Below, in pieces: positions 11,907 through 24,253 of a stretch of DNA of 64,000 bases. Source of the DNA: Marsupella aquatica (Eukaryota; Plantae; Marchantiophyta); assembly GCA_973895155.1 (NCBI GenBank), contig OZ316894.1, positions 8,084,234-8,148,233 on the forward strand, written 5' to 3'. Positions within the stretch are counted from its first letter, which is position 1. Every line of letters begins with the position of its first letter. The notes beneath the pieces are model-generated. The model did not search any database. It was not told the DNA's origin and saw only the letters and a list, made by a program, of their open reading frames with translations. The position numbers were made by a program, and so were the translations under genes.

Positions 11907-12113
11907 TGCAAGTAGAGTTATTTAGCAATGTGTGACTATTTGTATATGGATTACTCATTCCTGTTTGGCTACGGCTTAGTTCTAGTTAACCCTTAGTTAA
12001 CCCTTGTGGTTTTAAGGGGGAGACCTGGTTTGGTGATTGTCTAGAACTTCCCGCTGAGGATTCCATATGGTAGCATTTAGTCCAGTCCCCAAGACAAGAG
12101 TCAAGGGGGAGTT

Positions 12114-12457
12114 TGTTAGATATTGCTCTAGTCTTGTGACTCATGAGCTAACCACAGTTAGTCTAACTCGGGTTAGGACTTAGCTACTGTTAGCGCTAGT
12201 GCTGTTGTGCATATAGCCAGGGCTGATGCCAGACCCTGGTGGAACTTAGGCTCATTGTTACGGAGCTAGTTGAGAGATAGGGAGAGCTTGTGCTGTGGAT
12301 GTTTGGTATGGCCGGTCGGCCTAGAGTGCAGTAAAGCTCTTGTGTGTTCCCGTGGACGTAGCCTCATGTGGAGGTGAACCACGTATTTCTCTGTGTCGAC
12401 TATTGTGCGTTGGATGGTTCATGGGCTTGCCGTTGCGAATGTCGTCTTTGCTCAACA
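12114..12457 (+). repeat. 3' LTR of Copia-1
   Basis: Direct repeat of 5192-5535, preceded by the PPT aagagtcaagggggagtt. Confidence 0.97.
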
Positions 12458-12462
12458 CAAAC

Positions 12463-12623
12463 TTGGCTGGCCCGTAATGAGTTAAGGACCACCTGTAATG
12501 AACAAGTTACGGGTTTGGCCGTAACTATTACGAGAGACCAAAATTGGCTGGCCCATACGGGTTAAGGACCACCCGTAATGAACAAGTTACGGGTCTGGCT
12601 GTAACTATTATAGGAGACCAAAC
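12463..12623. repeat. 81-bp tandem array, right part (about 2 units)
   Basis: The same unit as 4871-5191 resumes directly after the TSD. Confidence 0.93.
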
Positions 12624-14682
12624 TCGGCTCTCGTAAGTATTGGCCGCGGGCGCCAACCTTAACACTTACCTTTAACACATGTCCCTTAATAGTGTACACC
12701 TCTTTTGCCGCGGTACAGTTTGAAGTTATCCTGTTCGACTTAACGAAAGAGTTATTTTGGATTACAACTCCTTGATACAGGAAGGGCAACAAGGAAAAAC
12801 CTTTCACAATGCATCAGTGCATGTCAGTCCTGTCTTAAGAACGACAATGTGGTGATTGATCGCTGATGCCGCTGCGCTAAATATGATGCCGCTGTGATGG
12901 TGACGGTGAAATTGACGTCATTCAAAACCAAGACACTGCCGTAGATTGAAACAAGAGGGTAACTGATGATCAGAAGATGGAGGTTATGGCAGCTTCGGAG
13001 AGGCATTTCAGTGTAGCCTTTTATATGAGGATTGACAATTCTACCTGGGTTGGGCTTCTCATTGGGAGGAGGAGGGGATCCAAAGCCATAAACAACAAGG
13101 CTCTCGACTGGCAACTTCTTGACGTGCTAAATCTACAACGTGTTAATGTTCTCCCATTTTAAATTTTTCCTGGGGCTCTGTACATTGCTTGTTAAATCTA
13201 CAATGCGTTAATGTTCCCCCATTTTTCTAGGGCTCTATACATTGCCCGTCCTAGTCTCCAATGCTGCTCTTCGTTCCCTTCCAAGTTTGTCAAAACATAA
13301 ACCAAGACTCTATCATTTTGTCACTCGTTTCGGCCTGATCAACTTTGTGCCATTGACTCTAGGTTTATGTTTTGACACCTTTCATTTGTTATTGCCTGCA
13401 GCGGCCCGATCTACTTTGTGTCATCAACTTCTTCCTTGTGGAGTCTTGGTTTATGTTCTGACAACAATTCTTTCCAACAAAGTCAAGTTTGCTTTGTAAC
13501 AGAGTCTAAGTGTTGGAGAGCCTAGTGCTTTGGTTAAGAGAAATTGATAAAGTATTGGTTAATGTTTGCCCGATGTTTCTCTATGGAAGTGGTGTACCTT
13601 GCCACCCAGTGCCCTCACCAATCCCAGCACTCGCGCCTAAGTGCCCTTGGTGCCCGAACGCCTCCACGGAATACCTCGAGCAAGCACCCAAGTGCCTCTT
13701 GCACCACCAACGGCCCTCCCATACGAAGCCGCACTTGCTCACCTACACGACCGCTACTCAGCGATCCTCAGTGTCTGCACAAGCAACCAAGCACCTCGGT
13801 AAGTTATCCCTCCGGATCTAGAACTTGCCAAGTCTAGCATCCTAACTCAACCTCAACAGACGTTAGTAAATAGGTCAGCGATAGGTCCTCCCGATGCCAT
13901 AAGCTGGAACCAGAACCTACGCCCACTATTTGTCCAGAACAGTTTCTTCCTTGGGCGCGGCCCGGGTTCCCCCTCGTACCTATCCATCACCAACTGACCG
14001 CCCTAACCTCAGGACATGCTCATGGCCCAAGTAGCATAGCTTGTCCTAAAGCTTGTCACAACGCGCCGGGACCAGAATGGCCCCAACCCTAGAGTCCACT
14101 CCGGTTCACCTCATTGATGGTCTAGGGGCAAAACCCTCTTGGCCTTGCCTCCCCAACGCAAGCTCCCTTGGGAGACTGAACGCGACTTGGCTGCTGTTCG
14201 GCGGGATTTGGCAAGCGGGCGAGCTAACACCCGCAAACTCTGAGAGCCCAATGTACCCCCAGACCCAGTTGAGCTCAGTAGGGCGTAGGCCTCCTCAAGA
14301 GCTTTCCAACGCACCTAAGAAGTCCTCCAACGGACTTCCCGTTGGGAAGATATCGCCATTTCCGTTTGGCAGTTTCCATTAGTGTTGCGACCGCCGCGGC
14401 TCACGACTTCGGCTCGCCCTTAGCCCCCAGGGAAACACCACTCCCCTCATATATGCTTCTGGAGACCTGCCACCCCCGGACCAGATTTGGTCCCTAAACA
14501 TTTGGCCCCCAACCCGGATCCCATTGCGCATAATGGGCGCGCCACCAACTGGCAACGCCCATAACTTTCTTGATACTTAGCCCGTTGTGATCGGGCCAAC
14601 CCAGTGCTCATGCCTAGGCCCTAAGGTCTGATTGCCGCTCGAGGCCCCCGACCGACCCAACCCGGATCAGGCCACAACTTGC

Positions 14683-15103
14683 TGTTGAGCATAGACGACG
14701 ATCGCAACGGCAAGCCCATGAACCATCCAACGCACAATAGTCGACACAAGAGATACGTGGTTCAGCTCCTTGAGGCTACGTCCACGGGAACACACAAGAG
14801 AGCTTTATTGAACTCTAAGCCCGTCGGCTATACCGAGTCTCCACAGTGTAAGCTCTCTCTATCTCTCAAGTGGCTCCATAACAATGAGCCTTGGTTCTAC
14901 CTCTCCAAGCACACATGCCTCTTATGATATAGTGTGCAACTTAGTTGTACCTAACCACATAGTTGTACCTAATCACGTAGTTGTACCTAACCACATAGTT
15001 GTACCTAATCACGTAGTTGTACCTAACCACGTAGTTGTACCAACCCACGTTGTTGTACCAACCACGTCATACCTAACCTAGACGTAAGAGTAAATACCCA
15101 ACA
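14683..15103 (-). repeat. 3' LTR of Copia-2, with an 18-bp minisatellite (tagttgtacctaaccaca, about 7 units) at 14942-15067
   Basis: Direct repeat of 20758-21178. Confidence 0.97.
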
Positions 15104-15294
15104 ATCTTCCCCTTGACTCTGGTCTAGGGGAGAGTAATACTGCCAATGTATATGATCCCTCAGCGGGAAGTTCTGGACAGAAACCAAACCGGTTTCCCTC
15201 TCTAACTAGAGCAAACCAGAACTAAGCCGTAGCCTAATACATAGGAATGAGGAAGAGCATATATCAGTAATTACAATGAATGTTTAAGAAAACT

Positions 15295-18200
15295 CTACTT
15301 GTGATACAATTGCAAAACCTGCAATACGTCACGGTGTCTAGAGAAACTCTTCAAAGGAATCACTTTGGTAAATGCGTCAGCCGGGTTGAGTTTACCATCA
15401 ATCTTGACTAGCTCAAACAAATTATCAGACACAGCCTGCCTGATAAAATGGTACCTGACGTCAATGTGCTTCACTCTGCTGTCCATCACCTGGTTCACAG
15501 CAAGGTGGAGCGCACTTTGACTATCACAATGGAGCTTCACATTCCCCTGTGGCAATCCCATTTCAGTGATAAGTCTATCCAACCAAATCGCTTCTTTTGC
15601 TGCTTCCGCAGCTGCAACATACTCCGCTTCTGTAGTAGACTGAGCAATACACTTCTGCAAAGTAGACCTCCAACTTATGCATCCACCGCCAAGTGTGAAC
15701 ACGTATCCTGTTGTTGATCTCCTTCGGTCCAAATCTTGTCCATAGTCAGAATCTACATAGCCAATCAATGATCTAGCATTCTTTGCATTCGCATCAAATA
15801 AAAGACCATGATCCACGGTACCCTTCAAGTACCTGATAATCCACTTCACTGCTTCCCAGTGTACCTTCCCTGGATTCGACATGTACCTGCTCACCTTGCC
15901 CATAGCCATGGCAAGATCAGGTCTAGTGCAAGTCATCAAATACATGAGACTCCCCACTGCCTTGTCATATGGAACCTTTGACATCAACCCCTTCTCTGTG
16001 TCATCCGTAGGACAGAACGCTGATGATAACTTGAAGTGTGGAGCCAACGGGGTACTTACTGCTTTGCTATTCTCCATGTTGAACCTTGCAATTACCTTCC
16101 TCGCATAACTGCTCTGCGTCAACCATAGCTTGCCAGCCTCCAAGTCCCTAGTGATCTCCATACCCAAAATCCTCTTAGCTGGCCCTAAGTCCTTCATCTT
16201 AAACTCTGCACTAAGCAGTGCCTTGAGCTTAACAATCTCAGACCTATCCTTGGCTGCAATTAGCATGTCATCCACATAAAGTACTAAAACAATGAACCCA
16301 AAGACAACATTCTTCACCGGTTTCAAATACACACAAGGGTCAAATACACTTCTGTGAAAACCTTATGACCGAATCCAATCGTCAAACTGCTTGTTCCACT
16401 GTCTTGGTGACTGCTTCAACCCATACAAGGATTTCAGCAATCTGCAAACCAATTCCTCCTGTCCTCTCTTCACAAAACCTAGCGGTTGTCTCATGAAGAT
16501 CACCTCTTCCAATGTGCCATAGAGGAAAGCTGTGACAACATCCATCTGATCTAGGAGCAGACCAAACATTACAACAAGTACACACAATAGTCGTATTGTA
16601 GAGTACTTAGCAACTGGTGAGAAGACCTCATTGTAATCCACACCTTTCTCTTGTGTGAATCCCTTTGCTACCAATCTAGCCTTGTAGACCTTCGATCCAC
16701 CTCCTATGGAATTATCCTTCAGCTTGTAAATCCACTTGCTGTCCACCACTTGCTGACCCTTAGGCAGCTTAACAAGCTCCCAAGTTTTGTTGTCCTTTAG
16801 TGACTGCATCTCCGTTTGCATTGCTGCAGTCCACTTCTGCTTCTCCTTTGAAGCACTTGCCTCATGAAATAAAGAAGGTTCTCCTTCTTCCAAAATTAAC
16901 GCATCACCCTCATCATCAGCTGTAAAATCATCCTCTTGCAGTTGAGATGAATCAACCCACTGTCCATACCTTGATGGAGCGCATACAGTGCGACCAGATG
17001 TTCTTCTAGCCGATGACTCCGGTTGATCTGCGTGTGCTGGTACAATTTGAAGCTCAACAGCATCCACTTGCTGCTCACCAGCATCAACAAACTCCTCTGG
17101 TTCCTCTGGCACAGGAACCAGCTCCATAATTGGAGCAACTCCTTCTCTTCGGTCATGCACCTCATAACCAATCTCCCCCTCAACGAGATCCGGGATAGGA
17201 GATTTTCCTTTGTCAGTACGGGAGACCTGAGTATTCTCCCCCTCCTTCAATAATCTGGATTCATTGAAGGAAACATCCCTACTGACAACGAGCTTACAGG
17301 CAATAGGATCCCATAGCCTATAGGCTTTCACACCACTCTGGTACCCAAGAAAAACACATTTCCTGGAGGTAGGATCCAACTTGGTCCTATTCTGCTTTGG
17401 TGTGAGAGCATATGCATCACTTCCAAAAATTACCAAGCCATGATAGTCTGCTTGCCGCTTATAGCGCATCTCAAACGGCGTTTTGAAATTGATAGCACTA
17501 GAAGGAGAAAGATTTACCAAATAAGCTGTGGTATTGACAGCTTCTGCCCAAAATTCTTGTGGTAAACCTGATTGGCTCAACATACTCCGTGACCGCTCCA
17601 ACAGTGTCCGATTGAGCCTCTCAGCGACACCATTCTGCTGCGGAGTATAAACTGTGGTGAGATGGCGAGTTATCCCCTGTTCTGAACAGTACTCTTCAAA
17701 TTCCATTGAAGTGTACTCCCCGCCGTTGTCTGACCTCAGACTCTTCACCCTTGTATCCAAACACTTGATCGTGTTTCCAGTCTGATTCTCCACCTGGGCC
17801 TTCCACTTCTTAAAAATGGACAAGACATCAGACTTATGCGTCATGAAATAAATCCACACAAATCTTGAGTAATCATCAATAAATGATACATAGTACAACT
17901 TTCCAGAGTGTGAGGGAGTCGGGGATGGACCCCACACGTCACTATGTATGTACTCAAGAACCGCTTTGGAACGATGAGTTCCAACACCAAAAGCACGACG
18001 ATGCTGCTTTCCAAGAATGCAATGCTCATAAAACTCTAATTTACAAGATTGCAAATCAGAAATGAGTCCATTCTTCCGTAAGATAGCCAAACCCTTCTCA
18101 CTCATGTGGCCTAGCCGTGAATGCCACAGTTGAGTCATCTCCTCGTGAGACTTGGTTACATTGGCCTCTCCACATACAGTATTGCCCTGTAACACATACA

Positions 18201-19603
18201 AATTCTTTTGTCTACTCCCCTTCAAAATCACTGTCTCTCCCGACCTGACTTGAAGTTCACCATCAATAACGCTCCATTGATGACCATTTGAATCCAACAC
18301 ACCGAGTGAAATCAGATTCTTACGCATGCCAGGTACATACCTGACTCCGGACACTGTGCGCACAGCGCCATCAAACATTTGAATCTTCACAGACCCAATT
18401 CCCTCAATTTGACAGGAGTGATCATTTCCCATCAGAACTGAACCGTTTGAAATAGAGTAAGAACTGAAAAACTCACGAATGTAACAAATATGAAAAGAGC
18501 AAGCACAATCAAGAATCCACACATCATCTGCTCTCCTAGATGACGTGCACAGGGCATACCCCCGGCTTCATAAAACATACTCATCATTGAGTAAATCAGC
18601 TTCTCCATCAGCCCTAGCCACATTTGCCGATGAAGTTTCCGCTGCCTTTCCCTTACAGTCTCGCTTGAAGTGTCCAACTTGGTTGCACTTCCAACATGTC
18701 ACCTGCCTCCTCTGAGGGGATTTACCCTTGGACTTAGATCTGGATTTAGATCTAAACTGGGTTCTACGGTCCCCAGTTGGTCGCTGCATACTCCTCCCAC
18801 GGTTAATCATTGAGGGCAGCACCAGATGATGAAGGTTGTGACGTGATGTGCATCTTCTGCTGAAGATCATCACTAAGCAGAGAACTTACCACGTCATTGT
18901 ATGAAATGGTATCCCTATCACGATGCAACAACACTCGTGATAGGGACTGGTAAGATGGAGGCAATGAACTAAGAAGCTGCAGAGCCTTCGTCTCATCATT
19001 CAAAGTCTCCCCAAGGTTTTCCAAGACAACGACCATGTCGTTGAAAGCATCCACATGGTCTTGCAACTTCGTACCAGATTCCTTCATCCTGAAACTCATC
19101 AGTTTGTAGGAAGTGTAGAGCCGGTTCGACAACTCCTTGCGGTGATACTTGCTCTGCAATTCCGCAAATAAGGACATGCAATCCTTATGTGCACCCAACT
19201 GCTTGATGATGGGAGGCATGAGATAGAGTGTAACACACCACACTCCCTGCTCCTGCATGCGGTCCCATTGTTTCTCATCAACATCGTCTTCACGAGGGCT
19301 CAGCAGTTGGCCCATCCCTGACGCATAAAGCACTCCCTTCACCTGCTTCTCCCATAGCAAGTAGTCAGAGCGCCCATCATACTTTGTCACTTCATACTTG
19401 GGTCCCCCAAGCTTGAAAGTCCCCATCTTCTTCTTTACCGTGAGCTCCGGTAGTAGTACTGCTTCCTCCACCACACGCCGCACCGGTGATGGTATCGGTG
19501 TCACGTGCTCTTCCTCCTGCTCCTCTCTCTGCCCCTGAAACCTCCGTGGTGACCCTCGTGCTTCAAGTTCCACGTCTTCGAAAAACTCCTCCGAATCACT
19601 CAT
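15295..19603 (-). pseudogene. Copia-2 gag-pol, nearly intact: +1 frameshift near 18810, TGA at the gag/pol junction (18568-18570), premature TAA in RT (16363-16365)
   Basis: ORFs 18803-19603 (gag), 18568-18873 (zinc knuckle CWKCNQVGHFKRDC), 16363-18522 (PR-IN-RT) and 15295-16332 (RT YVDD, RNaseH). Confidence 0.95.
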
Positions 19604-20757
19604 ATGAGAAAGTCACAAAAAATGTTGTTTTTCACAACTTCTCAAAAAACTCGAAACTCAACACCGCCGCGTAGCCCACAAAGCTAGGAGTCCAATACTG
19701 AAAACCGAAATCAAAATCAAAATTTGACAGAAAAGTTATTCAAATTTCGGTCGAGGTGGATAAAACCTTGGGAAACTCCCCCGTTTTGACCACCTCAGGG
19801 AATAACCGAAATACCAAGTACAACCCATTGTCGGAATTGCGATGTGATTGGTGCGCTGCATTGCCAACTTCAATGGCTACGACCTCGCCGAAAAATAACC
19901 AAAAAAGTTACCGTTCGGCGGATGAAATCTTTGTCGGACGGTCAAAAAATAGCTCTATAGTTTTTTGGAATATTCTATGACCCTTGCACAGGCCCTGTGG
20001 GAATTTTGGAAGAACAATCGAGGGGCTGACATGTGTCCTCGAACCCCCAAAACCCCCTACCACCCTTCGTCGTCGAAATCTGGTCGCGCGCGCAGAAAAT
20101 ACACACGGCAGAATGTACCCCTCGACACCAAACGCAAGATATCTCACTCGGGTTTTGACTAAATCAAGATCCGATTTCAGATTTGGAAACTAGACTCCGA
20201 GGTGATGAATATCGATATAAGAAGCACCCAAAACGAGGAAAGAACGAGGGAGGAAAAAATTGGTAAAGATGACAGATTTCTCTCAATTGCCATAGCCAAT
20301 TTCGAATCAGTTTTTCAAAGAGAAAAAAATGGTACCTTGTCAACAACGAATGTTGATCAATTGCACTTGGTGCCGTCACCAAGTCCAACAAGGTAATTGA
20401 TTTTGCTTAGCCTTCCTCTTTGCATCAAAGAGCCAATCCCGGACTCAAAAACAATCGTCTTGCCTCAATCTCTCCGTTGAGTCAAAACACTTGACGCTTC
20501 TCCCTCTGAGTCGATTGCCAACTTTCTTCACAAAATCCAGAACGACGAAAACTTAGATCTCTCTGCACCACGAGCTCCGTTCAACGATTTCTTCACACCG
20601 TTAGAAAGCTCTTGCCCTGATCTATCCGTTGAGCCCATAAACTCCAAGTTCCATGCGATGGAACTCTGGAAAATCCACCAACACTCAACGCTGGAAAAAC
20701 CGTCATGAAATCCCGTCACGAACACACGTCACCTCCCAAGCATGCTCTGATACCAAT

Positions 20758-21178
20758 TGTTGAGCATAGACGACGATCGCAACGGCAAGCCCATGAACCA
20801 TCCAACGCACAATAGTCGACACAAGAGATACGTGGTTCACCTCCTTGAGGCTACGTCCACGGGAACACACAAGAGAGCTTTATTGAACTCTAAGCCCGTC
20901 GGCTATACCGAGTCTCCACAGTGTAAGCTCTCTCTATCTCTCAAGTGGCTGCATAACAATGAGCCTTGGTTCTACCTCTCCAAGCACACATGCCTCTTAT
21001 GATATAGTGTGCAACTTAGTTGTACCTAACCACATAGTTGTACCTAATCACGTAGTTGTACCTAACCACATAGTTGTACCTAATCACGTAGTTGTACCTA
21101 ACCACGTAGTTGTACCAACCCACGTTGTTGTACCAACCACGTCATACCTAACCTAGACGTAAGAGTAAATACCCAACA
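20758..21178 (-). repeat. 5' LTR of Copia-2 (18-bp minisatellite at 21017-21142)
   Basis: Direct repeat of 14683-15103, adjacent to the PBS. Confidence 0.97.
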
Positions 21179-22920
21179 CTTGCGCCCCAAGCGTCCGTTG
21201 CCAATGGCGTCAACTCTATTGGCCTTGGGCCCAAGAGGAGCTCACTCCCAAGCCCTCAGAACTCAAAGTCCATCTGGAGGTCCGGACGGCCATCCTTGAG
21301 CCCGGCCCATTTCCGACCAGCCATCGGCTAGTCCAAGTCCTTAGTGTGTGCCCCCAGCTTGGCTCCTTGTGTCTCTCTATGCTAAGTCCTCCCCGGATGA
21401 CCTATCCGGGCCTGGACCATAAGGGAGCTCGGCGTCGGAGTCAGCGACGCCGGAGCTAAGTGTTAAGGTAGTCAAGTTCCACAACTATGGGGTAGTGGTT
21501 TATGGTTTGACAACACTTCTTTCCAATGGATTTATGTCTCTTTAGTAATAGACTTCTCTATGGAGTAGTGGTTTATGTTTTGGCAACAATTTCAAATGAA
21601 TTCATGTCTCTTTAGTAATAAAGTCTAAGTGTTAAGGCAAACACTAATACTTTGGATTAGAGTCAATCATGATTAATGATAGAGTTTTGGTTTATGTCCT
21701 AGTGAACTTGGACCCGAGTGGACTGCAGCATTGGGGCCTTGGGCATTGGGGCCTTGGGCTGGAGTGGGCGACAAGATGGGATGACAAAATGGTAGAATCT
21801 AGGTTTATATTTTGGCAAACTCAAGCATTAGCAAGCAACATCATGGGGGACTGGGACGGGCAAAATAGGGGGCCCCAAGAAGGGGCAAAATAGGGGGCCC
21901 CAAGAAAAGTAAAGGAACATTAATGCTTTGTACATTTATCTCTCCCTCTCTCTCTAACTTAAATGATGTCCCATTGAATACCATGTCCCATAGAATACCA
22001 TCCAGTAGCTTGAACACACTAAAGAAAAAACTCAGGGTCGAGGTTTGCAGTGTTCAGTAATGCTTCAAATTCTTATTATAGCCGTATAAGCTCAACAATG
22101 CGGCAGAGCTGTCAAGTTTTTGATGTGAGAATGAAACGGAAATCCATATTTCAACCGGTCTCCCTGAGTGGCCAGATCGAATATCTCCAACATTTCTCCA
22201 ACAACAGTCGTGTGATGATATTTTATTGGGCATAGATATTGAATGACCTGACGGCCGGCTTCATTATGCTACATCTATCATGGAGAACGAGAACTGAAAA
22301 CCCTAAACCCATTTCCTCACTTTCAATCTGAAGAGTAGAAACTTGCCTTAAAACACTTTTGACTGACAAAATACAAGCAATTTCGTTCACAATGTGTCAA
22401 CGAAGGCAGTCAATGGCTAATTCAAAGAGAACTGATCTATTCCGAATGAAAACTACAGATGAGCGACGCAGATCGAGTGCTGACCACCAGACGGAACCGG
22501 GGACTGAACACGATCGGAATATGAATGAGTTTCCTCTGCCAAGCTCCACGACGAGATTCCAACAATTTGGGCTCATATTCAACCTTCAGGTCAATGATCG
22601 AAACGGATGGGATTCGTACCTTCGGCATAATCTCGAAATCCCCAATTTCCTACCTTGGACATCAGCTGCGTTTCCCTTTGTTCCAGACATTAAACCTCAA
22701 TGTCCTATCCAAGGACTCTGTCATTGTTACAAACGCTCGAGATCTAGACAAGCTGTGTTTTTGACTCGGATTTTGATTGAGCGTGAGCTCTCCTAGATAG
22801 AAATCAGATTGGCTAAGCAATGACATTCTAAATCTGTGTCTGCGACTACATCCCTACGCTGGGACTTCTCAGAATTCACTAGATACAAGTCCCACAAATC
22901 ACCTTCAAATTCAACCATAA

Positions 22921-24253
22921 GAGTATTCCCACCCGTCCTGAAAAGACGGGCCTGTTACCAAAATCCACTTTCATCCCTTAAAAACCCAAATTTCATACCC
23001 CACCCTACCCCAACATCTGTACCTATATTTTTCTGGCCCCCAAAAATTGAACCCCGGCCCGCTACTTCTAGGCTCAACAAGCAAGCGCCATCCAGGCCGG
23101 TTCAGCCTCGCCATTCAAAATAAACGATCGCTAGTTGTGCTCCTGAGAAGATCCGACGCACACTATTCATCCATATGTTCACTTCCTCGCGCATTGGATG
23201 TTCGTGCTTTACTTCTGTGTAGAGTGATTTGTTCAGGCATTTGTGACTTTCCTTGCTGTCGAGTGTTTTCGTCAAGTGCTCTGCAAAATGGCAGAAATTG
23301 GGAAATCTCGAGGCCAGAACTTTGCATCTGCAGAATTGAAGCAGCTCTGCTGCTTATGGATGCACACATCACAAATCCAATTGTCGAGGCTGGACAGAGA
23401 AACCTCACTTTCTGGGATTGCGTAGCAGCACAATACAATGAACATCAACCGCAAAGTACACATTATTGCTTTGGGGAATGTCAGGGAGTTCGGACAAGGG
23501 AACGTCGATATAGTTTCACAAAGAAATCCTCACCGAATAGGAATTGAAAGAGAAAGAAGAGAAACACAGTCATCCCTAAATCAAGACCCTATAAAGGATG
23601 TGTGAACCACGACGATAGAGAGATGCGCGCAAATGTCTATATTTTGTCCATCGAATTGGACCGGAAGATCTTCGAAATGGACAGCACAAGAAGAGGGGTC
23701 CAGTGATGGACGTCAATCGATCATTTCCTACATTTGATTGTGTATACGCGAACATGTCAATGTCTCGTCCATTGAATTGGAATGGACGGTCGTCGGCCAG
23801 CCACCAAATTGGAATGGACGTTCGTCGGCCAGCCACCAAATTGGAATGGAAAGGAATGATCGAAAAGAGGGAAACAGCGATGGACATCCATGAATCCTTA
23901 CATTGACTGCGTAAACCGTGGCAGTAGAAATCACTACAAGCAAGGAAAACATATGTCCTACAAGAGATGCCAGTAGAAACCGTGGGGGGATAGACCCATT
24001 TAGCAGAAACCATGTGGATAGGCCGATTTAACTCTGTCGTGATAGACTGATATCTATCACGGGTCAAACTATCGGGCCAGTTTGGACCAAACTGACTCGA
24101 TAGTTCGAACCGGGCTTATTTTCCGGCCCAGTTTATAGTGGTCGAGTGGGGGACACCTCCAGAGTGAATGGTGGACTGAAGGCCCGGCCCTCCCCAAGCC
24201 CCGAAAACAACTCCAATAAAGGCTCGCAAATGGTGCGACCAGTGGGGATGCCC
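22921..24253 (+). mobile_element. Internally deleted PIF/Harbinger DNA transposon carrying a frameshifted Myb/SANT-like ORF fragment (about 23288-23460)
   Basis: TAA flanks at 22918-22920 and 24254-24256. Degenerate TIRs GAGTATTCCCAC versus reverse complement GGGCATCCCCAC. Joining two frames gives MAEIGKSRGQNFASAELKQLCCLWMHTSQ / NPIVEAGQRNLTFWDCVAAQYNEH, the F..EDxxLCxxW...DPIVG..Q....FW.RV...YN pattern of Harbinger-associated Myb proteins. Confidence 0.75.

Larger units (their letters stand above)
5192..12457 (+). mobile_element. Full-length Ty1/copia LTR retrotransposon (Copia-1), degenerate
   Basis: 344-bp TG...CA LTRs at 5192-5535 and 12114-12457 (about 9 differences by eye). TSD CAAAC at 5187-5191 and 12458-12462. 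PBS TGGTATCAGAGC at 5538-5549. PPT just before 12114. Domain order gag-PR-IN-RT-RNaseH. Confidence 0.98.
14683..21178 (-). mobile_element. Full-length, young Ty1/copia LTR retrotransposon (Copia-2)
   Basis: 421-bp LTRs at 14683-15103 and 20758-21178 differ at only 2 positions by eye. TSD CTTGC at 14678-14682 and 21179-21183. PBS (reverse complement gctctgatacca) at 20744-20755. PPT at 15104-15120. Confidence 0.98.

Noticed and set aside
14884-15081. ORF with VVPNH repeats (also 20959-21156)
   Set aside because: This is the translation of the 18-bp LTR minisatellite on the antisense strand of the element, with no evidence of coding.
18803-18815. Programmed frameshift within Copia-2 gag
   Set aside because: Copia-1 is in frame at the homologous ALNVNRGR position, so this looks like a private 1-bp insertion or a sequencing error.
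12656-21469. 13-bp inverted match (accttaacactta / taagtgttaaggt) as TIRs of one large element
   Set aside because: The same ctaagtgtt word also occurs in the local AT-rich repeat (13506, 21625), and no TSD supports the pairing.
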